Positions 27,308-40,300 of a DNA stretch of 64,000 nucleotides are shown one piece after another. This DNA is from Paragordius varius (Eukaryota; Animalia; Nematomorpha). The position numbers were made by a program, and so were the translations under genes. The notes beneath the pieces were generated by a model. The model did not search any database. It was not told the DNA's origin and worked only from the letters and a program-made list of their open reading frames with translations. Location of the stretch: positions 13,268,001 to 13,332,000 of the forward strand of contig OZ176053.1 in the NCBI GenBank assembly GCA_964247055.1. The letters are read 5' to 3'. Every line of letters starts with the position of its first letter. Position 1 is the first letter of the stretch.

Positions 27308-28499
27308 CGGTGAACAAAATTATTTTTTATACATTCTCTTAGCAAGACTACATCAAAATATAGAGATAGTTTGACAAACTCTTTCATATCCGATTTTCAC
27401 AACGATACTTTATAAATTAATGTATAAAACTAGTCGTATCAATAAGTCGCATCAATACTCAAGTTAAACTTTGTCCTTAAAAATCGGATATTGGTCACCG
27501 GTGAACAAAATAATTTTTTATACATTCTCTTAGTAAGACTACATCAAAATATAGAGATAGTTTGACAAACTCTTTCATATCCGATTTTTACTACGATACT
27601 TTATAAATTAATGTATAAAACTAGTCGTATCAATAAGTCGCATCAATACTCAAGTTAAACTTTGTCCTTAAAAATCGGATATTGGTCACCGGTGAACAAA
27701 ATTATTTTTTATACATTCTCTTAGTAAGACTACATCAAAATATAGAGATAGTTTGACAAACTCTTTCATATCCGATTTTTACAACGATACTTTATAAATT
27801 AATGTATAAAACTAGTCGCATGATTACTCAGTTAAACTTTGTCCTTAAAAATCGGATATTGGTCACCGGTGAACAAAATTATTTTTTATACATTCTCTTA
27901 GTAGGACTACATATAAATATAGAGATAGTTTGGCAAACTCTTTCATATCCGATTTTTACAACAATACTTTAAAAATTAATGTATAAAACTAGTCGCATGA
28001 TTACTCATGTTAAACTTTGTCCTTAAATATCGGATATTGGTCACCGGTGAACAAAATAATTTTTTATACATTCTCTTAGTAAGAGTACATCAAAATACAG
28101 AGATAGTTTGGCAAACTCTTTCATATCCGATTTTTACAAGGATACTTTAAAAATGTATTAATCTAGTCGCATCAATACTCAAGTTAAACTTTGTCCTTAA
28201 AAATCGGATATTGGTCACCGGTGAACAAAATAATTTTTTATACATTCTCTTAGCAAGACTACATCAAATTATAGAGATAGTTTGACAAACTCTTTCATAT
28301 CCGATTTTTACAACGATACTTTATAAATTAATGTATTAAACTAGTCGCATCAATAAGTCGCATCAATACTCAAGTTAAACTTTGTCCTTAAAAATCGGAT
28401 ATTGGTCAACGGTGAACAAAATAATTTTTTATACATTCTCTTAGTAAGACTACATCAAAATATAGAGATAGTTTGACAAACTCTTTAATATCCGATTTT

Positions 28500-31400
28500 T
28501 ACTACGATACTTTATAAATTAATGTATAAAACTAGTCGTATCAAAAAGTCGCATCAATACTCAAGTTAAACTTTGTCCTTGAAAATCGGATATTGGTCAC
28601 CGTGGAATAAAATTATTTTTTATACATTCTCTTAGTAAGACTACATCAAAATATAGATATAGTTTGACAAACTCTTTCTATCCGATTTTTCTAACGATAC
28701 TTTAAAAATTAATCTATAAAACTAGTCGCATGATTACTCAAGTTAAACTTTGTCCTTAAAAATCGGATATTGGTCACCGGTGAACAAAATAATTTTTTAT
28801 ACATTCTCTTAGTAAGACTACATTAAATTATAGAGATAGTTTGACAAACTCTGTCATATCCGATTTTTACAACGATACTTTAAAAATTATGGTATTAAAC
28901 CAGTCGCATCAATACTCAAGTTAAACTTTGTCCTTAAAAATCGGATATTGGTCACCGGTGAACAAAATTATTTTTTATACATTCTCTTAGTAAGACTACA
29001 TCAAAATATAGAGATAGTTTGACAAACTCTTTCATATCCGATTTTTACAACGACACTTTAAAAATTAATCTATAAAACTAGTCGCATGATTACTCAAGTT
29101 AAACTTTTTCCTTAAAAATCGGATATTGGTCACCGGTGAACAAAATAATTTTTTATACATTCTCTTAGTAAGACTACATCAAAATACAGAGATAGTTTGA
29201 CAAACTCTTTCATATCCGATTTTTACAACGATACTTTAAAAATTAATGTATTAAACTAGTCGCATCAATACTCAAGTTAAACTTTGTCCTTAAAAATCGG
29301 ATATTGGTCACCGGTGAACAAAATTATTTTTTATACATTCTCTTAGCAAGACTACATCAAAATATAGAGATAGTTTGACAAACTCTTTCATATCCGATTT
29401 TTACAACGATACTTTATAAATTAATGTATAAAACTAGCGTATCAATACGTCGCATCAATACTCAAGTTAAACTTTGTCCTTAAAAATCGGATATTGGTCA
29501 CCGGTGAAAAAAATAATTTTTTATACATTCTCTTAGTAAGACTACATCAAAATATAGAGATAGTTTGACAAACTCTTTCATATCCGATTTTTACAACGAT
29601 ACTTTAAAAATTAAAGTATTAAACTAGTCGCATCAATACTCAAGTTAAATTTGTCCTTAAAAATCGGATATTGGTCACCGGTGAACAAAATAATTTTTTA
29701 TACATTCTCTTAGCAAGACTACATCAAATAATAGAGATAGTTTGACAAACTCTTTCATATCCGATTTTTACAACGATACTTTAAAAATTATGGTATTAAA
29801 CCAGTCGCATCAATACTCAAGTTAAATTTGTCCTTAAAAATCGGATATTGGTCACCGGTGAACAAAATAATTTTTTTTACATTCTCTTAGCAAGACTACA
29901 TCAAATAATAGAGATAGTTTGACAAACTCTTTCATATCCGATTTTTACAACGATACTTTAAAAATTAATGTATAAAACTAGTCGCATGATTACTCAAGTT
30001 AAACTTTGTCCTTAAAAATCGGATATTGGTCACCGGTGAACAAAATTATTTTTTATACATTCTCTTAGTAGGACTACATATAAATATAGAGATAGTTTGG
30101 CCAACTCTTTCATATCCGATTTTTACAACAATACTTTAAAAATTAATGTATAAAACTAGTCGCATGATTACTCAAGTTAAACTTTGTCCTTAAAAATCGG
30201 ATATTGGTCACCGGTGAACAAAATAATTTTTTATACATTCTCTTAGTAAGAGTACATCAAAATACAGAGATAGTTTGGCAAACTCTTTCATATCCGATTT
30301 TTACAACGATAATTTAAAAATTAATGTATTAAACTAGTCGCATCAATAAGTCGCATCAATACTCAAGTTAAACTTTGTCCTTAAAAATCGGATATTGGTC
30401 AACGGTGAACAAAATTATTTTTTATACATTCTCTTAGTAAGACTACATCAAATAATAGAGATATTTTGACAAACTCTTTCATATCCGATTTTTACAACGA
30501 TACTTTATAAATTAATGTATAAAACTAGTCGTATCAATAAGTCGCATCAATACTCAAGTTAAACTTATCCTTAAAAATCGGATATTGGTCCCCGGTGAAC
30601 AAAATAATTTTTTATACATTCTCTTAGTAAGAGTACATCAAAATACAGAGATAGTTTGGCAAACTCTTTCATATCCGATTTTTACAAGGATACTTTAAAA
30701 ATTAATGTATTAATCTAGTCGCATCAATACTCAAGTTAAACTTTGTCCTTAAAAATCGGATATTGGTCACCGGTGAACAAAATAATTTTTTATACATTCT
30801 CTTAGCAAGACTACATCAAATAATAGAGATAGTTTGACAAACTCTTTCATATCCGATTTTTACAACGATACTTTATAAATTAATGTATTAAACTAGTCGC
30901 ATCAATAAGTCGCATCAATACTCAAGTTAAACTTTGTCCTTAAAAATCGGATATTGGTCAACGGTGAACAAAATAATTTTTTATACATTCTCTTAGTAAG
31001 ACTACATCAAAATATAGAGATAGTTTGACAAACTCTTTAATATCCGATTTTTACTACGATACTTTATAAATTAATGTATAAAACTAGTCGTATCAAAAAG
31101 TCGCATCAATACTCAAGTTAAACTTTGTCCTTGAAAATCGGATATTGGTCACCGGTGAATAAAATTATTTTTTATACATTCTCTTAGTAAGACTACATCA
31201 AAATATAGAGATAGTTTGACAAACTCTTTCTATCCGATTTTTACAACGATACTTTAAAAATTAATCTATAAAACTAGTCGCATGATTACTCAAGTTAAAC
31301 TTTGTCCTTGAAAATCGGATATTGGTCACCGGTGAACAAAATAATTTTTTATACATTCTCTTAGTAAGACTACATTAAATTATAGAGATAGTTTGACAAA

Positions 31401-33320
31401 CTCTTTCATATCCGATTTTTACTACGATACTTTATAAATTAATGTATAAAACTAGTCGTATCAAAAAGTCGCATCAATACTCAAGTTAAACTTTGTCCTT
31501 GAAAATCGGATATTGGTCACCGTGGAATAAAATTATTTTTTATACATTCTCTTAGTAAGACTACATCAAAATATAGATATAGTTTGACAAACTCTTTCTA
31601 TCCGATTTTTCTAACGATACTTTAAAAATTAATCTATAAAACTAGTCGCATGATTACTCAAGTTAAACTTTGTCCTTAAAAATCGGATATTGGTCACCGG
31701 TGAACAAAATAATTTTTTATACATTCTCTTAGTAAGACTACATTAAATTATAGAGATAGTTTGACAAACTCTGTCATATCCGATTTTTACAACGATACTT
31801 TAAAAATTATGGTATTAAACCAGTCGCATCAATACTCAAGTTAAACTTTGTCCTTAAAAATCGGATATTGGTCACCGGTGAACAAAATTATTTTTTATAC
31901 ATTCTCTTAGTAAGACTACATCAAAATATAGAGATAGTTTGACAAACTCTTTCATATCCGATTTTTACAACGACACTTTAAAAATTAATCTATAAAACTA
32001 GTCGCATGATTACTCAAGTTAAACTTTTTCCTTAAAAATCGGATATTGGTCACCGGTGAACAAAATAATTTTTTATACATTCTCTTAGTAAGACTACATC
32101 AAAATACAGAGATAGTTTGACAAACTCTTTCATATCCGATTTTTACAACGATACTTTAAAAATTAATGTATTAAACTAGTCGCATCAATACTCAAGTTAA
32201 ACTTTGTCCTTAAAAATCGGATATTGGTCACCGGTGAACAAAATTATTTTTTATACATTCTCTTAGCAAGACTACATCAAAATATAGAGATAGTTTGACA
32301 AACTCTTTCATATCCGATTTTTACAACGATACTTTATAAATTAATGTATAAAACTAGCGTATCAATACGTCGCATCAATACTCAAGTTAAACTTTGTCCT
32401 TAAAAATCGGATATTGGTCACCGGTGAAAAAAATAATTTTTTATACATTCTCTTAGTAAGACTACATCAAAATATAGAGATAGTTTGACAAACTCTTTCA
32501 TATCCGATTTTTACAACGATACTTTAAAAATTAAAGTATTAAACTAGTCGCATCAATACTCAAGTTAAATTTGTCCTTAAAAATCGGATATTGGTCACCG
32601 GTGAACAAAATATTTTATTCATTCTCTTAGCAAGACTACATCAAATAATAGAGATAGTTTGACAAACTCTTTCATATCCGATTTTTACAACGATACTTTA
32701 AAAATTATGGTATTAAACCAGTCGCATCAATACTCAAGTTAAATTTGTCCTTAAAAATCGGATATTGGTCACCGGTGAACAAAATAATTTTTTTTACATT
32801 CTCTTAGCAAGACTACATCAAATAATAGAGATAGTTTGACAAACTCTTTCATATCCGATTTTTACAACGATACTTTAAAAATTAATGTATAAAACTAGTC
32901 GCATGATTACTCAAGTTAAACTTTGTCCTTAAAAATCGGATATTGGTCACCGGTGAACAAAATTATTTTTTATACATTCTCTTAGTAGGACTACATATAA
33001 ATATAGAGATAGTTTGGCCAACTCTTTCATATCCGATTTTTACAACAATACTTTAAAAATTAATGTATAAAACTAGTCGCATGATTACTCAAGTTAAACT
33101 TTGTCCTTAAAAATCGGATATTGGTCACCGGTGAACAAAATAATTTTTTATACATTCTCTTAGTAAGAGTACATCAAAATACAGAGATAGTTTGGCAAAC
33201 TCTTTCATATCCGATTTTTACAACGATAATTTAAAAATTAATGTATTAAACTAGTAGCATCAATAAGTCGCATCAATACTCAAGTTAAACTTTGTCCTTA
33301 AAAATCGGATATTGGTCAAC
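28500..33320 (-). repeat. Block of about 1.9 kb duplicated at an offset of about 2920 bp (about 28500-30400 and 31420-33320)
   Basis: CGTGGAATAA at 28601/31521 and AAACTAGCGTATCAATACGT at 29431/32351. The offset drops to 2917 after a 3 bp deletion near 32590. Confidence 0.85.
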
Positions 33321-35750
33321 GGTGAACAAAATAATTTTTTATACATTCTCTTAGTAAGACTACATCAAAATATAGAGATAGTTTGACAAACTCTTTAATA
33401 TCCGATTTTTACTACGATACTTTATAAATTAATGTATAAAACTAGTCGTATCAAAAAGTCGCATCAATACTCAAGTTAAACTTTGTCCTTGAAAATCGGA
33501 TATTGGTCACCGGTGAACAAAATAATTTTTTATACATTCTCTTAGTAAGAGTACATCAAAATACAGAGATAGTTTGGCAAACTCTTTCATATCCGATTTT
33601 TACAAGGATACTTTAAAAATTAATGTATTAATCTAGTCGCATCAATACTCAAGTTAAACTTTGTCCTTAAAAATCGGATATTGGTCACCGGTGAACAAAA
33701 TAATTTTTTATACATTCTCTTAGCAAGACTACATCAAATAATAGAGATAGTTTGACAAACTCTTTCATATCCGATTTTTACAACGATACTTTATAAATTA
33801 ATGTATTAAACTAGTCGCATCAATAAGTCGCATCAATACTCAAGTTAAAATTTGTCCTTAAAAATCGGATATTGGTCAACGGTGAACAAAATAATTTTTT
33901 ATACATTCTCTTAGTAAGACTACATCAAAATATAGAGATAGTTTGACAAACTCTTTAATATCCGATTTTTACTACGATACTTTATAAATTAATGTATAAA
34001 ACTAGTCGTATCAAAAAGTCGCATCAATAGTCAAGTTAAACTTTGTCCTTGAAAATCGGATATTGGTCACCGGTGAATAAAATAATTTTTTATACATTCT
34101 CTTAGTAAGAGTACATCAAAATACAGAGATAGTTTGGCAAACTCTTTCATATCCGATTTTTACAAGGATACTTTAAAAATTAATGTATTAATCTAGTCGC
34201 ATCAATACTCAAGTTAAACTTTGTCCTTAAAAATCGGATATTGGTCACCGGTGAACAAAATAATTTTTTATACATTCTCTTAGTAAGAGTACATCAAAAT
34301 ACAGAGATAGTTTGGCAAACTCTTTCATATCCGATTTTTACAACGATAATTTAAAAATTAATGTATTAAACTAGTCGCATCAATAAGTCGCATCAATACT
34401 CAAGTTAAACTTTGTCCTTAAAAATCGGATATTGGTCAACGGTGAACAAAATAATTTTTTATACATTCTCTTAGTAAGACTACATCAAAATATAGAGATA
34501 GTTTGACAAACTCTTTAATATCCGATTTTTACTACGATACTTTATAAATTAATGTATAAAACTAGTCGTATCAAAAAGTCGCATCAATACTCAAGTTAAA
34601 CTTTGTCCTTGAAAATCGGATATTGGTCACCGGTGAACAAAATAATTTTTTATACATTCTCTTAGTAAGAGTACATCAAAATACAGAGATAGTTTGGCAA
34701 ACTCTTTCATATCCGATTTTTACAAGGATACTTTAAAAATTAATGTATTAATCTAGTCGCATCAATACTCAAGTTAAACTTTGTCCTTAAAAATCGGATA
34801 TTGGTCACCGGTGAACAAAATAATTTTTTATACATTCTCTTAGCAAGACTACATCAAATAATAGAGATAGTTTGACAAACTCTTTCATATCCGATTTTTA
34901 CAACGATACTTTATAAATTAATGTATTAAACTAGTCGCATCAATAAGTCGCATCAATACTCAAGTTAAAATTTGTCCTTAAAAATCGGATATTGGTCAAC
35001 GGTGAACAAAATAATTTTTTATACATTCTCTTAGTAAGACTACATCAAAATATAGAGATAGTTTGACAAACTCTTTAATATCCGATTTTTACTACGATAC
35101 TTTATAAATTAATGTATAAAACTAGTCGTATCAAAAAGTCGCATCAATAGTCAAGTTAAACTTTGTCCTTGAAAATCGGATATTGGTCACCGGTGAATAA
35201 AATAATTTTTTATACATTCTCTTAGTAAGAGTACATCAAAATACAGAGATAGTTTGGCAAACTCTTTCATATCCGATTTTTACAAGGATACTTTAAAAAT
35301 TAATGTATTAATCTAGTCGCATCAATACTCAAGTTAAACTTTGTCCTTAAAAATCGGATATTGGTCACCGGTGAACAAAATAATTTTTTATACATTCTCT
35401 TAGCAAGACTACATCAAATAATAGAGATAGTTTGACAAACTCTTTCATATCCGATTTTTACAACGATACTTTATAAATTAATGTATTAAACTAGTCGCAT
35501 CAATAAGTCGCATCAATACTCAAGTTAAACTTTGTCCTTAAAAATCGGATATTGGTCAACGGTGAACAAAATAATTTTTTATACATTCTCTTAGTAAGAC
35601 TACATCAAAATATAGAGATAGTTTGACAAACTCTTTAATATCCGATTTTTACTACGATACTTTATAAATTAATGTATAAAACTAGTCGTATCAAAAAGTC
35701 GCATCAATACTCAAGTTAAACTTTGTCCTTGAAAATCGGATATTGGTCAC
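33130..35750 (-). repeat. Trimer higher-order repeat (560 bp) nested in an 1120 bp hexamer
   Basis: GGTCAAC ends at 33320, 33880, 34440, 35000 and 35560 (560 bp period). CAAGTTAAAA (33841/34961) and GCATCAATAG (34021/35141) recur at 1120 bp. Confidence 0.9.
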
Positions 35751-37330
35751 CGGTGAATAAAATTATTTTTTATACATTCTCTTAGTAAGACTACATCAAA
35801 ATATAGAGATAGTTTGACAAACTCTTTCTATCCGATTTTTACTACGATACTTTAAAAATTAATCTATAAAACTAGTCGCATGATTACTCAAGTTAAACTT
35901 TGTCCTTGAAAATCGGATATTGGTCACCGGTGAACAAAATAATTTTTTATACATTCTCTTAGTAAGACTACATTAAATTATAGAGATAGTTTGACAAACT
36001 CTTTCATATCCGATTTTTACAACGATACTTTAAAAATTATGGTATTAAACCAGTCGCATCAATACTCAAGTTAAACTTTGTCCTTAAAAATCAGATATTG
36101 GTCACCGGTGACCAAAATTATTTTTTATACATTCTCTTAGTAAGACTACATCAAAATATAGAGATAGTTTGACAAACTCTTTCATATCCGATTTTTACAA
36201 CGATACTTTAAAAATTAATCTATAAAACTAGTCGCATGATTACTCAAGTTAAACTTTGTCCTTAAAAATCGGATATTGGTCACCGGTGAACAAAATAATT
36301 TTTTATACATTCTCTTAGTAAGACTACATTAAATTATAGAGATAGTTTGACAAACTCTTTCATATCCGATTTTTACAACGATACTTTAAAAATTATGGTA
36401 TTAAACCAGTCGCATCAATACTCAAGTTAAACTTTGTCCTTAAAAATCGGATATTGGTCACCGGTGAACAAAATTATTTTTTATACATTCTCTTAGTAAG
36501 ACTACATCAAAATATAGAGATAGTTTGACAAACTCTTTCTATCCGATTTTTACTACGATACTTTAAAAATTAATCTATAAAACTAGTCGCATGATTACTC
36601 AAGTTAAACTTTGTCCTTGAAAATCGGATATTGGTCACCGGTGAACAAAATAATTTTTTATACATTCTCTTAGTAAGACTACATTAAATTATAGAGATAG
36701 TTTGACAAACTCTTTCATATCCGATTTTTACAACGATACTTTAAAAATTATGGTATTAAACCAGTCGCATCAATACTCAAGTTAAACTTTGTCCTTAAAA
36801 ATCAGATATTGGTCACCGGTGACCAAAATTATTTTTTATACATTCTCTTAGTAAGACTACATCAAAATATTATGATAGTTTGACAAACTCTTTCATATCC
36901 GATTTTTACAACGATACTTTAAAAATTAATCTATAAAACTAGTCGCATGATTACTCAAGTTAAACTTTGTCCTTAAAAATCGGATATTGGTCACCGGTGA
37001 ACAAAATAATTTTTTATACATTCTCTTAGTAAGACTACATTAAATTATAGAGATAGTTTGACAAACTCTTTCATATCCGATTTTTACAACGATACTTTAA
37101 AAATTATGGTATTAAACCAGTCGCATCAATACTCAAGTTAAACTTTGTCCTTAAAAATCGGATATTGGTCACCGGTGAACAAAATTATTTTTTATACATT
37201 CTCTTAGTAAGACTACATCAAAATATAGAGATAGTTTGACAAACTCTTTCATATCCGATTTTTACAACAATACTTTAAAAATTAATGTATAAAACTAGTC
37301 GCATGATTACTCAAGTTAAACTTTGTCCTT
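35750..37330 (-). repeat. Dimer higher-order repeat (about 356 bp) of ATTATGGT-type and AATCTATA/CATGATTAC-type monomers
   Basis: The two monomer types alternate strictly. TCAGATATT at 36091 and 36802 shows a 4-monomer superperiod. A similar alternation recurs at about 40.7-41.5 kb. Confidence 0.8.
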
Positions 37331-40300
37331 AAAAATCGGATATTGGTCACCGGTGAACAAAATAATTTTTTATACATTCTCTTAGTAAGACTACATCAAA
37401 ATACAGAGATAGTTTGACAAACTCTTTCATATCCGATTTTTACAACGATACTTTAAAAATTATGGTATTAAACCAGTCGCATCAATACTCAAGTTAAATT
37501 TGTCCTTAAAAATCGGATATTGGTCACCGGTGAACAAAATAATTTTTTTTACATTCTCTTAGCAAGACTACATCAAATAATAGAGATAGTTTGACAAACT
37601 CTTTCATATCCGATTTTTACAACGATACTTTAAAAATTAATGTATAAAACTAGTCGCATGATTACTCAAGTTAAACTTTGTCCTTAAAAATCGGATATTG
37701 GTCACCGGTGAACAAAATTATTTTTTATACATTCTCTTAGTAGGACTACATATAAATATAGAGATAGTTTGGCCAACTCTTTCATAATGTATAAAACTAG
37801 TCGCATGATTACTCAAGTTAAACTTTGTCCTTAAAAATCGGATATTGGTCACCGGTGAACAAAATAATTTTTTATACATTCTCTTAGTAAGAGTACATCA
37901 AAATACAGAGATAGTTTGGCAAACTCTTTCATATCCGATTTTTACAACGATAATTTAAAAATTAATGTATTAAACTAGTCGCATCAATAAGTCGCATCAA
38001 TACTCAAGTTAAACTTTGTCCTTAAAAATCGGATATTGGTCAACGGTGAACAAAATAATTTTTTATACATTCTCTTAGTAAGACTACATCAAAATATAGA
38101 GATAGTTTGACAAACTCTTTAATATCCGATTTTTACTACGATACTTTATAAATTAATGTATAAAACTAGTCGTATCAAAAAGTCGCATCAATACTTAAGT
38201 TAAACTTTGTCCTTGAAAATCGGATATTGGTCACCGGTGAATAAAATTATTTTTTATACATTCTCTTAGTAAGACTACATCAAAATATAGAGATAGTTTG
38301 ACAAACTCTTTAATATCCGATTTTTACTACGATACTTTAAAAATTAATGTATTAATCTAGTCGCATCAATACTCAAGTTAAACTTTGTCCTTAAAAATCG
38401 GATATTGGTCACCGGTGAACAAAATAATTTTTTATACATTCTCTTAGCAAGACTACATCAAATAATAGAGATAGTTTGACAAACTCTTTCATATCCGATT
38501 TTTACAACGATACTTTATAAATTAATGTATTAAACTCGTCGCATCAATAAGTCGCATCAATACTCAAGTTAAACTTTGTCCTTAAAAATCGGATATTGGT
38601 CATCGGTGAACAAAATAATTTTTTATACATTCTCTTAGTAAGACTACATCAAAATATAGAGATAGTTTGACAAACTCTTTAATATCCGATTTTTACTACG
38701 ATACTTTATAAATTAATGTATAAAACTAGTCGTATCAAAAAGTCGCATCAATACTCAAGTTAAACTTTGTCCTTGAAAATCGGATATTGGTCACCGGTGA
38801 ACAAAATAATTTTTCATACATTCTCTTAGTAAGAGTACATCAAAATACAGAGATAGTTTGGCAAACTCTTTCATATCCGATTTTTACAAGGATACTTTAA
38901 AAATTAATGTATTAATCTAGTCGCATCAATACTCAAGTTAAACTTTGTCCTTGAAAATCGGATATTGGTCACCGGTGAATAAAATTATTTTTTATACATT
39001 CTCTTAGTAAGACTACATCAAAATATAGACATAGTTTGACAAACTCTTTCTATCCGATTTTTACAACGATACTTTAAAAATTAATCTATAAAACTAGTCG
39101 CATGATTACTCAAGTTAAACTTTGTCCTTGAAAATCGGATATTGGTCACCAGTGAACAAAATAATTTTTTATACATTCTCTTAGCAAGACTACATCAAAT
39201 AATAGAGATAGTTTGACAAACTCTTTCATATCCGATTTTTACAACGATACTTTATAAATTAATGTATTAAACTAGTCGCATCAATAAGTCGCATCAATAC
39301 TCAAGTTAAACTTTGTCCTTAAAAATCGGATATTGGTCAACGGTGAACAAAATAATTTTTTATACATTCTCTTAGTAAGACTACATCAAAATATAGAGAT
39401 AGTTTGACAAACTCTTTAATATCCGATTTTTACTACGATACTTTATAAATTAATGTATAAAACTAGTCGTATCAAAAAGTCGCATCAATACTCAAGTTAA
39501 ACTTTGTCCTTGAAAATCGGATATTGGTCACCGGTGAATAAAATTATTTTTTATACATTCTCTTAGCAAGACTACATCAAATAATAGAGATAGTTTGACA
39601 AACTCTTTCATATCCGATTTTTACAACGATACTTTATAAATTAATGTATTAAACTAGTCGCATCAATAAGTCGCATCAATACTCAAGTTAAACTTTGTCC
39701 TTAAAAATCGGATTTTGGTCAACGGTGAACAAAATAATTTTTTATACATTCTCTTAGCAAGACTACATCAAATAATAGAGATAGTTTGACAAACTCTTTC
39801 ATATCCGATTTTTACAACGATACTTTATAAATTAATGTATTAAACTAGTCGCATCAATAAGTCGCATCAATACTCAAGTTAAACTTTGTCCTTAAAAATC
39901 GGATATTGGTCAACGGTGAACAAAATAATTTTTTATACATTCTCTTAGTAAGACTACATCAAAATATAGAGATAGTTTGACAAACTCTTTAATATCCGAT
40001 TTTTACTACGATACTTTATAAATTAATGTATAAAACTAGTCGTATCAAAAAGTCGCATCAATACTCAAGTTAAACTTTGTCCTTGAAAATCGGATATTGG
40101 TCACCGGTGAACAAAATAATTTTTCATACATTCTCTTAGTAAGAGTACATCAAAATACAGAGATAGTTTGGCAAACTCTTTCATATCCGATTTTTACAAG
40201 GATACTTTAAAAATTAATGTATTAATCTAGTCGCATCAATACTCAAGTTAAACTTTGTCCTTAAAAATCGGATATTGGTCACCGGTGAACAAAATAATTT

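Noticed and set aside
37706-37852. 147 bp length matching the nucleosome core
   Set aside because: It is a single copy and the length match is most likely coincidence.
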